From assembly GCA_032718475.1 (NCBI GenBank), contig JAUCBJ010002788.1, positions 38,910 to 102,909 on the forward strand: a stretch of 64,000 nt of DNA, in the 5' to 3' direction. A program made the translations under genes and the position numbers. Shown here in pieces: positions 1 through 13,200 of this stretch. The notes below the pieces were generated by a model, which ran no database searches, was not told the DNA's origin, and worked only from the letters and a program-made list of their open reading frames with translations. Origin of the DNA: Nemertoderma westbladi (taxonomy: Eukaryota > Animalia > Xenacoelomorpha). How positions within the stretch are numbered: the stretch's first letter is position 1; every line of letters begins with the position of its first letter.

Positions 1-1098
1 GATGACTACGATAAGACGCTGCGCAGCGCACTGGAATCCGTTTCCAACACCCGGATTAACGACTCAGCTTGGAAGCAAGCATGCCTGCCGGCCCGGATGG
101 GAGGCCTCGGTATTAGTTCAGCCACATTGCTCGCACCACCTGCCTTCTTGGCATCCGCGGCTATGTGTGAGGAACTCTCTAGCCGACTCTTCACCACTTC
201 TCAGCGCAGCCCAGACCAAACATTGGAAATCGCAATGGATCTATGGAAATCCTCAGTCACACCGGAATCAGTGCCACCAACTAGCACCAACCAGAAATCT
301 TGGACAACACCAATCCACGAAGTCAACCTTGCTTCACTTCACACCTCCGCCTCACCCCACGATATTGCCCGGCTCAACTCGGTGGAAGACCCAACCGCAG
401 GTTGTTGGCTCGATGCTATTCCAAGTTCTGCTTTGGGCCTCAAGTTAACGGACGCTCAGTTCAGGATCTCCATTGCGACCCGCCTCGGATGCCAGGTTAC
501 CGAGCCCCATGAGTGTACCAGGTGTGGCACTGCTGTTGAAGCTGACGGCCTACACGGACTCTCGTGCCAACGAAGCGCTGGCCGGTTGCCTCGCCACACA
601 ATGATCAATGAGATCGTAAAGCGGGCACTGGCTAGCTGTGACGTACCATCCATCCTAGAACCACCGGGTCTATGCCGAGGGGATGGCAAACGAGTAGACG
701 GTATGTCCCTAGTCCCTTGGTCCAGGGGCAAAACGCTGACATGGGACGCCACGGTTGTACACCCACTCGCCCAAAGCCACCTGGCAACAAGCATACATAC
801 CGGCGGACGTGCTGCTGAAAACCAGGAAACCCTCAAGATCAGGAAATATCAGGAGCTTATTGACCAGGGTTTCCTGTTCACGCCAGTCGCCTTTGAAACG
901 TTTGGTCGCCCCGGTCCGGCAACGGAAGTTTTCCTGAAGGAGGTCGGTAGGAGGATACATTTATCAACACAGGATCCTCGCTCTCATCGTTTCCTGCTTC
1001 AGCGCATCGCGGTCGCAATACTCGTTGGGAACTCGGCCGCAGTCCTCGGTACAGTTGAATCTCCGTCAGAGGGCCTATTCGATATCCTAGGCATCTAG
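1..1098 (+). mobile_element. 3' part of a CRE-clade non-LTR retrotransposon ORF (end of RT, zinc knuckle, restriction-like endonuclease); runs in from before the window
   Basis: Frame open from base 1 (DDYDKTLR...AWKQACLPARMGGLGI). It then shows WLDAIPS..LGLKL, CTRC..D..G.HGLSC...RH..IN, EPPGLCRGDGKRVDG, WDATVV, ETLKIRKY, FTPVAFETFG and LLQRIAVAILVGNS, the motif order typical of the CRE C-terminus. Stop at 1098. Confidence 0.9.
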
Positions 1099-1630
1099 AT
1101 TGCACCTCTTCCGGCACCTGGACTATATATATGAAGGAAGAAGGAAGGGCAGACTGACAGAAGGGCCAATAGCAAAGCAATCTGTTAATGGTGATGGACA
1201 TAAAAGACAGTTGCAAAGAACTGTAACTTTATAGCAAGAAGAATAGGATGGGTTATTTGAATTGTTGGGACAAGCACCGACCACTATAATATCTTATTGT
1301 TTACATTATTTAATTATTAATATTAATATAATTTAGGTTGATCATAATATAAAATAAAGAAAGATTAATATTTAAAGCTTAACATAATGATGCTAAAAAT
1401 AAGAATACAGTAATTTATTATTATTCCTGAATTATTGAAGTGTATTTTGTTATCCCCTAGTAAAAAAAATGAATAGCAGCCTTTCACAATTTTTGAAATT
1501 CAGCTGTTACTTAATTGTGTGTAGAGATTTTCTGTTTAATATCAATATTATTATAATTATTATGCAGTACAAACAAATGTACGGGAAGATGCAGCTTCAC
1601 TTTAGATTCATACCCTTACTTGTTCCGTAG

Positions 1631-1759
1631 CTTGTGTTGAACAACCTGACTTTGATGCATACCAATGCAGCGGATGGGCGGCCATGGGAGAGTGCACTGC
1701 TAATGCTAGTTGGATGTACACCCATTGCCAGACGTCATGTAACAAGTGTAATGATGGGG
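1631..1759 (+). CDS. Internal exon encoding one ShK (ShKT) domain
   Basis: Acceptor ttccgtag ends 1630 and donor gtaagt starts 1760; 129 nt, phase 1-1. Translates to CVEQPDFDAYQCSGWAAMGECTANASWMYTHCQTSCNKCNDG, with the six-Cys ShK pattern. Confidence 0.9.
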
Positions 1760-1877
1760 GTAAGTTGTATTTGTAGTAGGCCCTACAGTAGGCAGTGGTG
1801 GTGGAGCCTTAGCCTATACCACACACATACCTTACTTAGGGCACATTTCTATGGCAGGTCTGTCTACTGCAGTGTTT

Positions 1878-2011
1878 ATTGAATGTACCGACATACTGAC
1901 TAACAGGGGTTTGATGTATATATTAACTTAAAGGTAAACACTAGTGTTTACCTTAAAGTTAATATATACATACATCAAACCTCTGTTAGTCAGTATGTCG
2001 GTACATTCAAT
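1878..2011. repeat. ~134-bp near-perfect palindrome in the ShK intron
   Basis: attgaatgtaccgacatactgactaacag...ctgttagtcagtatgtcggtacattcaat, centred on aaacactagtgttt. Confidence 0.9.
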
Positions 2012-2134
2012 TATCACATATGAATATAGAGCAGAACTCCGGCATCACTGCATGTTGTTAAATCTTATATAATTTTTGTGCTGTGTGTTTGCTCTAGCAA
2101 ACTACCAGTTTTCCATTGGTAACATGTTTACTTA

Positions 2135-2720
2135 CCGTAGGCCTATAGGGTTCCAATGTTCTGAGGTCTGAAGTCTGTTTGGGCTGAGTGGTAACTGAGT
2201 TGATGGTGCGATTAATTTAGGTCAATGGTGCAATATAGTTAGGCTTGGCTAATTCCCTGTCCAGCTGATGAGGTGTCGAGGATTAGCGCGTACTGGTCCT
2301 AGAAGCCGAAACGCAACCATATTTTTAACAAATTAATTATTTTTGTCTTAGTCCTACCTCTTTCACGGCGACAAAAATGTCATATATTTTCTTATAGAAT
2401 ATAGGCTTAGCTTTTGTGCAGTTTAATACCGGTATCACTTAGTGTATGGCAGTTAGGTTTTAGGGTTAGGGTTGCGATACATACTTGTATGTGGAGCATG
2501 TTTTAATATATTTTGTTTGTGGTTTTTGTTTGTTTTGTTTTGTGTTCCTTGATGGCCTTAGGGTCTGGAAGGTATTTTTGGGCTTAATGTCCTGATATTA
2601 TACTTTTGTTTGTGTTTTTTGTTTGTTTTGTTTTGTGTTCCTTGATGGCCTTAGGGTCTGGAAGGTATTTTGGGCTTAATGTCCTGATTCTATATTTTTT
2701 TTGTAGTTAAAGGGTGTAAG
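2135..2720. mobile_element. Probable Penelope-like element remnant with a hammerhead-like core
   Basis: Minus strand gives LRTLEPY, resembling the PLE C-terminal L.TL.P.GLN motif. Plus strand has CTGATGA-hairpin-GAAAC at 2265-2312. Contains a ~90-bp tandem duplication at about 2510-2700. Confidence 0.4.
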
Positions 2721-3462
2721 ACTCTAGTGTTTACCTTAAAGTTAATATATACTGCAGTGTTTGTCTGTCAGTGACATGTCACTTTTGTCAAATAAACTTT
2801 CTATCTCCATTAATAACTGTCGTTTTTTTATTTTACAATAATATTATCTACTAGTAACGACGGGTTGACAATATAGTTAAAATGAAACAAGCATATTCAA
2901 TTAGTCCTACTAAATACCACCCATATCTGTAGATAAGTATCCAGAACAACCAATAGGAAAGTGGTTGAACCCTCCTAGCCATCCATCCGAAGTGGTTCAA
3001 CCCTCCTACCCCTCCATTGATTCAAGCCTCCCACATTACTCCATTTTTTGAAAAATGCATTGTGTACGAAAAGTGCAGACCAGTGACGTAATCATCCAAA
3101 CCTAATTTTGAATCTGATTAATTTCTCCACCAGAAAAGTATCACATTTATTGGTGAATTGTCATATCATTTAAATAGGAGGGATCCAAAACGGAGGTATC
3201 AGTTCTAGAAAACACGTGGCAAAAGTAAACTTTTCTTCATAGCAAAACAACATGTAGGCTAGTGTTGGACTAATTACAACAGTAGGTGCAGTTTTTAGTT
3301 GTCTATCTAATTGTGTATCCATGGAAACGCCAAACCCAAGCGTTCTCCTTTAAATTGCACTGATTCACCTTTCCTCACGGTTCAACCCTCCCTGCTCTCC
3401 CCCCTACCTCAAAACACGAACTATAATAATGAACTTTTTAATTTATTTTTTTGTCCAAATAG

Positions 3463-3584
3463 GTTGCGTCCAACACCCTGATCTTGAAACACTCTGTGAT
3501 GTTTGGGCAGCCGGTGGTGAGTGCGGAAACAACCCTGGCTACATGTATTCCTGGTGCCAGACAAGTTGCAACAAATGTGGATAA
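3463..3584 (+). CDS. Terminal exon encoding a second ShK domain
   Basis: T-rich tract and acceptor ag at 3461-3462, phase 1 matching the previous exon. Translates to CVQHPDLETLCDVWAAGGECGNNPGYMYSWCQTSCNKCG-stop (TAA 3582-3584). Confidence 0.9.
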
Positions 3585-3588
3585 AGTC

Positions 3589-3594
3589 AATAAA
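3589..3594 (+). promoter_or_regulatory. Polyadenylation signal candidate for the ShK gene
   Basis: AATAAA 4 nt after the stop codon; a second AATAAA lies near 3629. Confidence 0.5.
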
Positions 3595-6500
3595 ATTCTT
3601 CATGGTATGAAACATATCAACTGTTTAAAATAAACAAACAATGGTGATGGTATCAAATCTGCAAAAAATTCATGAAATTGAAACAAACTTTAAGTAAATT
3701 ATTTAGGTGAAGGTTGAAGATATTATTTACATTATTGGTGAAGGGAAAACCATCCTAGTGTAGAGTATATTATAACACACGACACGATTTAAGTCACTTC
3801 TTACTAACAATATTATTTATATCGCGTTGTGGCATATTTTCAACTGACAAGATGTTCGATTTGAGTTTTATGGTGTGTTTGACATGGAAATAACATATAC
3901 ACACATACACATATAACTATAACACATATATATATATTATATATATATATAATAGATGTACAATGCAGCATGTGGTGTCAATGGATTATATGAATAATGG
4001 CTTATTGGTTGCATCATGATATATACATAGTGACACCGTGGCTGCGGCAGGTTGTATTTTGGCTGCAATGTAGCCATATGGTCTTTCTAAAATATCCGCA
4101 TTCTTTTGGCTGCAAAAAGCCTGGTTACTACAGTGGCTGCAATTTAAATTTTTGGGTCAATTATTATCTCGATATATACATTTTGGTGAATTATATAGAT
4201 ATTTTGCTGAATTATATAGATATTCTTGTATAAATAATGGCTTATTGGCTGCCGCTTATTTTCACAACAATGGCTGCATAAAATCTTGAACTAATGTATG
4301 TGCTGCATTAGGTATTACTGTTATGAGAGAACTGGAAGGGAGAATACTGGAGGAGGGGCCTATAGTAGATGTGTTGTGTATTAGTAAGTCCTTATTGTAA
4401 GTCCTAACTTAAGATTATTTATATCTGGGTATTCCTGGTCGGGTTATCATTTCCGATGTTAATTATAATAATGATTGAGGGACTGTCATTATTTCTGTCA
4501 GTCAAAAACGATAATGATAACATACAGTAGTACACCAGCGACCTGAAATTTTTGCTTCTTGGGAATTTCCTCATCTATTTTCCGATGTCCTTTTTAACGT
4601 TTTAAAGAATATTGATTGTTTGCCAATGTTGATCGCTCTGCCTAACAATCAATAATCTATATAGAGGCACACCTTCGCCCAATGTAAGATTTTATTATGG
4701 GGTTTTTCTTGTAATGGTGATTTAATTTCGATTTTTATTTTTAATCAGTGTTAGTACGGGAACCTTATAAGAATGCTGACAACATTTAGACTCAGCTTAG
4801 TATTTCACATCATAATATCCATACTTATACTTTATTACCTCCTACAGTATATTTTGACAATATTGAAGATAAACTTTAACTTTATTGTAGCCTATGAATA
4901 GTATGTATCTACAATACTACTGTATCTTGCTGTACCTAGATTTTTAACGAAGTGTCATTTTGCTGCAAATTTATTAGCCATGCTTTATACTATTAACATA
5001 CAAATAGCTGCAATTTTGAATATTCGAGTTGGCCTATTACTGACCATACAATGCCATGTATAAGAAGTAAAATGGCTGCAACGTTCATTAAATTAATAAT
5101 TTAGTGAAAAGTAAATTGGCTGCACATTTTCAATATCTTCATTGTTCAGAGTAACTGTAGCTCCCAACATACTGTGGTGTTAGTGTATAAGGAGCATCAG
5201 TGATTGATTAGCCAATGTTCATGGTGATTTTGTCATTAATGTACTGATTCTTGAGAGCGGGGAAACTTCAGAAAAATTGGGAAGACATATTTGAACTCAG
5301 CTTTCTACTGTATTTCACTTCAGAAACAATTTCCCTCCTATTAATTTACATGTAAAAAAACTTTATAGATTTCACTGTTTCAAAGAACTACGCTACAATA
5401 TCTAAGTTATATTTCCTGTACCTAGCGTTTATGATGAAGTTGTCTTTTGGCTGCAAATTCCTAGGCAATTCTATACAATTTAACTTACAAATTGCTGCAA
5501 TCTTAAATAAATCACTTGGCCTCTACAATGCAGTGTAAAAGAAGTAAAATGGCTGCACCGTTCATAAATTAATCATTTATTGAATATTAATGGGGCTGCA
5601 TTTTTATCTATATCATCTTTGTAGGTGCGGTATACAAATGGCTTCGATTACTGGATAATTACTTGAGAGCTTACCAGTATACAGATGGTTGCATTACCAA
5701 CGTAGTAGTTTTACCGATAATATATATTTTTTTGACCTTTTGCATACTCATGAGGTCCAAAAATATTATTTTTTTTAAAACAGAAAAGATTCCTATGGAG
5801 TCATTTCGCTATACTGATTATTATTATTATTATTCCCGGATTACGCCCCGGTGGCTGTAATTAGTAAAATGGTCTGACGATATGAAATAAAATATACAGA
5901 CAAGAATTTACAAAAGTTACAATTATACCATTATTATTAAAATAATACAATTATAATATTATAATACGGCGTAGCTAATGTAAGCTAAGATCTAGAACAG
6001 ATATATATCTAGAATTAAGATCTATATGGGTCTCATTCGAATACAGTGAACATATCTTCAATTGTTTAGCACGAAATCATCCAAATTAACAATTAATAAA
6101 TTAAGGGACATGTATAAACACTTTTTATTAACGTTAAAATGTAGGCACAGTGTACTAGTGTACAGTGTACATGTGTACTAGATTACTGTACTAGTGCTGG
6201 GAGAAATAGTAACTTTAGCGCCTAACATACAGTACAGTACTGTGGTTGTTAGTGTAGGCCTATAGGGATCACCACTGATTTGCCAATGTTCATGGTGAAT
6301 TTGTCATTAATGTGTAGTGATTCTTGAGTGCGGGAAACTCTTAGAAAAATTGTGGCAACAGATTTTAACTCATCTTACCATTTCACTTCAGAAACAATGT
6401 CCCTCCTATTAATTTACAATATATAAAAAAAAAACTTTATATAATTTACTGATTCAATGAACTACGGTACAATATCTAAGTTATATTTCCTGTACCTAGT

Positions 6501-7050
6501 GTTTATGAAGAAGTTGTCTTTTGGCTGCAAATTCATAGGCAATTCTATACAATTTAACTTACAAATTGCTGCAATCTTAAATAAATCATTTGGCCTCTAC
6601 AATGCAGTGTAAAAGAAGTAAAATGGCTGCACCGTAGATTAAATTAATAATTTATTGAATATTAATGTGGCTGCATTTTTATCTATATCATCTTTGTAGG
6701 TGCGGTATACAAATGGCTTCGATTACTGGATAATTACTTGAGAGCTTACCAGTATACAGATGGTTGCATTACCAACGTAGTAGTTTTACCGATAATATAT
6801 ATTTTTTGACCTTTTTGCATACTCATGAGGTCCAAAAATATTATTTTTTTTAAAAATGAAGAGTTTCCTATGGAGTCATTTCCCAGTGCTAAAATGTACC
6901 AACAGTACAGTATACACTTGTTGCAAAGTGTCTGTGGCTTTATTTTCTCTCACTCAATTTATTTGTTCGTGAAATAATTCATTCTGATTACTATATACTA
7001 CTGTAGTGCTAGGAGAAATTGTAACATTATCGACCAACGTAGTTGTTATG

Positions 7051-7376
7051 TGGGGCGAGCCACGAAGTGAGCGAAGCCTTAGCATATGGGTGCCATTGGC
7101 GAGTTGTCTGTCGTCGTCGTCTGTCGTCGTCGTCGTAAATTTTTGATCGCTAATAACTCGGTTATTCCTCGATGAAATTAAACGAAACTTGGTACGGCTA
7201 TGTAGTCCGTCAAAAGTTTATAAAGAATCTGAAGTTTGTTCAAAAACGAACGAACGCAACGAGGCACAAGAGGAGGACGAGTATTGTGTTGAAGACTTCT
7301 TACTAACGGTAGACAACTCGTTAATGGTGCCCATATGCTAAAGGCTTTGCTCACTTCGTGCTGCGCGAAGACCCCA
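7051..7376. mobile_element. Non-autonomous DNA element (MITE / HINE-like)
   Basis: ~38-bp inverted repeats cacgaagtgagcgaagccttagcatatgggtgccatt and aatggtgcccatatgctaaaggctttgctcacttcgtg; internal (GTC)n microsatellite and aaacttggt motif. Confidence 0.65.
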
Positions 7377-7520
7377 CGAAAGTGTTATTACTGTATAAGG
7401 AACATCAGTGATTAGCCAATGTTCATGGTGATTTTGTCATTACTGTAATATACTGATTCTTGAGTGTGGGAAACTTCAGAAAAATTCTACAATAGATTTG
7501 AACTGAACTTACTATTTCGC

Positions 7521-7584
7521 ATCAGCCACGTAATGTTCCTCCCATTTCCAATATTGGAAATGGGAGGAACATTACGTGGCTGAT
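7521..7584. repeat. Perfect 64-bp palindrome
   Basis: atcagccacgtaatgttcctcccatttccaat|attggaaatgggaggaacattacgtggctgat. Confidence 0.95.
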
Positions 7585-8715
7585 ATGCTACGTATGTAAA
7601 AAAAAACTATATAGAATTCTGTTTGATTTTTTGGTTTGCCATCTCGCATAAGTGTGATCGGTACAATATCTAATCTAAAGTATAGTGGTTACAACTTTAG
7701 AGTGTACATTAAACTCAGCTTACTATTTCACATCAGAAACGTAATGTCCTTCCCATTAATTGATAATATGTGAAAAAAATAACTATTTAAGTGGTGGCAA
7801 AGAAAGTAGACTTTTTTTGTCTGGCGAAATTTTTTGGCAAGCGTAGCGAAACAAATAAGAAAGCATGACAAAAAAATCTTACTTTTTACCTTTATTTGAC
7901 CTTCTGACAGTAGAGTCCTTCTCAAAAGCTTATAAAAAATATTTACTGACCTAGAGCTCTACATAGCTAACTACTTCAGTACTCTGTATATATTATATAT
8001 TCTACTTATACAACAATGTTTTGTTTGGTTTCATACACTGTGATAAACAGTAAGAGGTGCCGGTAGACATACAGTATAAAATTAAATATATGGAAAAAGA
8101 AATAAACAAAAAACAAGTAGGCCTTCAGTATCTCTCGTATAATTATTGAATAATCATTGTCAATCAACGTGGTTCTCCAGCCAACAACCCCCCCCCCCCC
8201 TCCCCGCCGCCCTCCAATCTACAAATATATCCATTACTTTTAAATTCTATATAATGTAAATATAATGTTCTTCACAAAACCAGCACTTTTCCACTGGGTG
8301 GTAGCGCCTCCAGACCATCTTCATTATTGCATTGACTCAATATAAATCACCCCAATCATGATTCCTTTATCTCGCTTCACTCATTATAGATTTTGTGTTG
8401 GGGTTCATTTTGGTAATAATAACTCATATACATAAAAAGTGTTCTAGAACAAAATTATTTATCAAAATTGTTAGCTAACACGTGTTCATAACATTTATAA
8501 AAAAGTAGAAAAGACTAGCTAGTATAAAAAATCAATGTCATGGAAATTACTTTGAAATTTAATTCAACATAACTTTTTATATTAACAACAAAGTGTTATT
8601 TTTTGTCAAACTTGTTAACGACTTTGACAAAAAAGTGACTTAAGAACAAATTAACTTTATTGAATTCTGGTTGATTATTTGGTTATCTTAAGATTGAAAG
8701 AACTACGGTACAATA

Positions 8716-9525
8716 CCTACTACTATTACTAAGTCGAGCGATCTCGGACAGTGGAAATGAGATCCTTCCAGGCTTCCCGATTCTCCATAGTTGTCGCAAT
8801 TTCGTTTCTCCCAAGTTCAGTATCCCTTTAAAGTTGATCTATATATGTTATGGCCGGTCGTCCACGACTACGCTTTCCATGAGTTGGTTGCCAGAAAAGT
8901 AGATCTGGTATGACCTCGTCTTTACTTCGCCAGCAGTGCCCACTGAATCTTAATCTGCGTTCACGGAGGGTGGTTGATACAGGTGGTATTGTACCATAAA
9001 GCTCGGCATTTGTCATGTGTTGTCTCCAGCTGATGTTTAGAGCTGCCCTTAGTAGTCTTGTGTAGCAACCATCAATTCGTTGTTCAAGTGATTTAGTCAG
9101 TGTCCAGGTCTCACCCCCGTATAAAAATACATTTTCCACTGTTGCTCGAAAGAACTTAGTCTTCAGGTGCCTGGGGAGATCTGATTTCCAGATGGTATCC
9201 ATTTTTGATAGAGCTGCCTAAGCCTTTGCTTTCCTAACTTCTATGTCCTTTTTGCTACTCTCTATCCATGATCCAAGGTACTGGAAGTCATCGACCTTCC
9301 TTAGTTTATTATTATCAATGGTTGTCAAGTTTCCATCAACATTAAAGGTCATGAATTCGGTCTTGGTAGCATTTATATGCAATCCAACCTCCTTAGCAGC
9401 CCTCTCCACTTTATTTAGTAGAAGCTGTGCATCTGCTAGCGTATTAGAGAGCAGGGCGATGTCATCCGCGAAGTCGGTGTCTGTGACTGTAGTTGCCGGA
9501 TATCTACTACTTCTGCGTCCTTGAA
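8716..9525 (-). mobile_element. 5'-truncated RTE-clade LINE (RT C-terminal part), pseudogenised
   Basis: TDFADDIALLS, GLHINATKTEFM, DFQYLGSWI, FRATVENVFLYGGETWTLT, RRLRFSGHCWR, RGRP; in-frame stop near 9218; (TAG)n-like tail at about 8716-8730. Confidence 0.9.
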
Positions 9526-10224
9526 GTTCTCAAACTCTGACATAATGATAGCAATCATAAATGTAATGTGAAAAAGTTAAAACGGCATTGACAAATTTAT
9601 TTATCTGTTCTTAAGAGCGATTATAACTTTTGGGGTTCAAGTCTCCCTCACTCACCCTACCTATATACAGTACTTCATGTAACAAGTAATACTGTATGGC
9701 ATCGATACCTGCAGTATTATACGGTAATGTATTTCGCTGTTAGGTACAGTACATTAACCCAAAAATCATGGGAATGTAATTTTAACTGAAAGTGGTTTTT
9801 CTAAACACAATATAGAATGCGAGCAGCATAGGGTGCCATTATACATATATTGTATATTTGTAGCCAAAGAACCACAAAAAAAGTTATACATCTAGTATAT
9901 TATATATATATATATATATATATATCCAACACACAACCTTAGGGCCACTTATGGATGTAAGTAGGTGGCCTTATGGTTCTATTCAATATCCAACAGTGGC
10001 CCTATGGTCGGAAAGGTGGCCCTATGGTGTAATCGTGCCATGGGGCCACAGTGGCCCTATGGTATGAAGTAGTTGTAAGGCGTTATAAGGTCCTTTGGAC
10101 ATTAGGTGTTGCATCTTTAGGTCCTATGAATGGTGGTTATTAACCCCTGCGCTGTTAGGTTCTTTCATAATGCAGTAGTTTTATTTCTATTTAAAGCTGA
10201 TTATCTTCAAAAATTCAGTAAGCC

Positions 10225-13200
10225 TTCTATTAAGTGAGCGTTCTATTCAGCGATCGTTCTATTCAGTGAGCGTTCTATTCAGTGAGCGTTCTATTCAGTG
10301 AGCGTTATATTCTGTGAACGTTCAATTCAGTGAGCGTTCTATTCAGTGCACGTTCGATTCAGTGAGCGTTCTAATCAGTTAACGTTCTATTCAGGGAGTG
10401 TTCTATTCAGTAAGCGTTCTATTCAGTGAACTTCCTATTCAGCGAGTGTAATATTCAGTAAGCGTTCTATTCAGTGAACTTCCTATTCAGTGAGTGTTCA
10501 ATTAAGTGAACGTTCTATTCAGTGAACGTTCTATTCAGTGAGTATTTTATTCAGTTAGCGTTCTATTCAGTGAGTGTTATATTCAGTGAGTGTTCAATTC
10601 AGTTAGCGTTCTATTCAGTGCACGTTCAATTCAGTGAGCGTTCTATTCAATGAACGTTCTATTCAGGGAGTGTTCTATTCAGTAAGCGTTCTATTCAGTG
10701 AACTTCCTATTCTGCGAGTGTTCTATTCAGTAAGCGTTCTATTCAGTGAGCGTTTAATTCAGTAAGCGTTCTATTCAATGAGCGTTCTATTCAGTGAGTG
10801 TACTATTCGGTGAGTGTTCTATTCAGTGAGTGTTCAATTCAGTTAGCGTTCTATTCAGTGCACGTTCAATTCAGTGAGCGTTCTATTCAATGAACGTTCT
10901 AATCAGGGAGTGTTCTATTCAGTAAGCGTTCTATTCAGTGAACTTCCTATTCTGCGAGTGTTCTATTCAGTAAGCGTTCTATTCCGTGAACGTTCTATTC
11001 AGTGAGTGTTCTATTCAGTAAGCGTTCTATTCATTTAACGTTCTATTCAGTGAGTGTTCTATTCAGTAAGCGTTCTATTCAGTGAACGTTATATTCAGTG
11101 AGTGTTCCATTCAGTGAACATTCTATTCAGTGAGTGTTCTATTCAGTGAACGTTCTATTAGTGAGTGTTCTATTCAGTGAGCGTTCTATTCAGTGAGTGT
11201 TATATTCTGTGAACGTTCAATTCAGTGAGCATTCTATTCATTGAACGTTCTATTCAGGGAGCGTTCTATTCAGTGAACGTTCTATTCAGTGAGTGTTCTA
11301 TTCAGTGAACGTTCTATTCAGTGAGTGTTCTATTCACTAAGCGTTCTATTCAGTGAACTTTCTATTCAGTGAGTGTTCTATTCAGTAAGCGTTCTATTCA
11401 TTTAACGTTCTATTCAGTGAGTGTTCTATTCAGTAAGCGTTCTATTCAGTGAGCGTTATATTCAGTGAGTGTTATATTCTGTGAACGTTCAATTCAGTGA
11501 GCGTTCTATTCAGTGCACGTTCAATTCAGTGAGCGTTCTATTCAGTGAACGTTCTATTCAGTGAGTGTTCTATTCAGTGAACGTTCTATTCAGTGAGTGT
11601 TCTATTCACTAAGCGTTCTATTCAGTGAACTTTCTATTCAGTGAGTGTTCTATTCAGTAAGCGTTCTATTAATTTAACGTTCTATTCAGTGAGTGTTCTA
11701 TTCAGTAAGCGTTCTATTCAGTGAGCATTCTATTCAGTGAGTGTTGTATTCTGTGAACGTTCAATTCAGTGAGCGTTCTATTCAGTGAGTGTTATATTCT
11801 GTGAACGTTCAATTCAGTGAGCGTTCTATTCAGTGCACGTTCAATTCAGTGAGCGTTCTATTCAGTGAACGTTCTATTCAGTGAGTGTTATATTCAGTAA
11901 GCGTTCTATTCATTGAACGTTCTATTCAGTGAGTGTTCTATTCAGTAAGCGTTCTATTCAGTGAGCGTTCTATTCAGTGAGTGTTATATTCTGTGAACGT
12001 TCAATTCAGTGAGCATTCTATTCATTGAACGTTCTATTCAGGGAGTGTTCTATTCAGTAAGCGTTCTATTCAGTGAGCGTTCTATTCAGTGAGTGTTATA
12101 TTCTGTGAACGTTCAATTCAGTGAGCGTTCTATTCAGTGCACGTTCAATTCAGTGAGCGTTCTATTCAGTGAACGTTCTATTCAGTGAGTGTTCTATTCA
12201 GTGAACGTTCTATTCAGTGAGTGTTCTATTCACTAAGCGTTCTATTCAGTGAACTTTCTATTCAGTGAGTGTTCTATTCAGTAAGCGTTCTATTCCGTGA
12301 ACGTTATATTCAGTGAGTGTTCTATTCAGTAAGCGTTCTATTCATTGAACGTTCTATTCAGTGAGCATTATATTCAGTAAGTGTTCAATTAATTAAGTGA
12401 GCGTTCTAGTCATTGAACGTTCTATTCAGTGAGTTTTCTATTCAGTGAGCATTCTATTCAGTGCATGTTCTATTCAGTAAGCGTTCTATTTAGTGAACGT
12501 TCTATTCAGTGAGTGTTCTATTCAGTAAGCTTTTTATTCAGTTAACGTTATTTTCAGTTAGTGTTCTATTCAGTAAGCGTTCTATTCAGGGAACGTTCTA
12601 GACAGCGAGTGTTCTATTCAGTAAGTGTTCTATTCAGTAAGTGTTATATTCATTGAACGTTCTATTCAATGAGCGTTCTATTAAGTGAAGGTTATATTCT
12701 GTGAATGTTCTATTCAGTGAATGTTCTTTTCAGTGAGCATTATATTCAGCGAGCCTTCTATTCAGTGAACGTTCTATTCAGTGAGTGTTTTATTCAGTGA
12801 GTGTTCTATTCAGTGAGCGTTCTATTCAGTGAGTGTTCTATTCAGTGAGCGTTCTATTCAGTGGTGTTCTATTCAGTGAGTGTTCTATTCATCTATTCAG
12901 TGAGTGTTCTATTCAGAGAGCGCTCTATTCAGTGAGCTTTCTATTAAGTGAACGCTCTATTCAGTGAGTCTTCTATTTAGTGAGCGTTCTATTCAGTGAG
13001 CTTTCTATTAAGTGAGCGTTATATTCAGTGAGTGTTCTATTCAGTGAGCGTTCTATTCAGTGATCGTTCTATTCAGTGAGTTTTCTATTTAGTGAGTGAT
13101 ATATTCAGTGAATGTTCTATTCAGTGAGTGTTCTATTCAATTATCGTTCTATTCAGAGAGTGTTCTATTTAGTGGTGTACTATTCAGTGGGTGTTCATTT

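Larger units (their letters stand above)
4785..7770. repeat. Degenerate tandem segmental repeats (~0.5-0.65 kb units) broken by small insertions
   Basis: About 5150-5805 is highly similar to about 6215-6885, nearly identical over 5340-5800 vs 6400-6880. Partial copies lie at 4785-5150, 7390-7520 and 7710-7770. Confidence 0.8.

Noticed and set aside
1634-1882. 82-aa ORF from the track
   Set aside because: Wrong frame over the ShK exon, running into the intron.
2453-2473. TTAGGG-like units as interstitial telomere
   Set aside because: Only two or three imperfect units.
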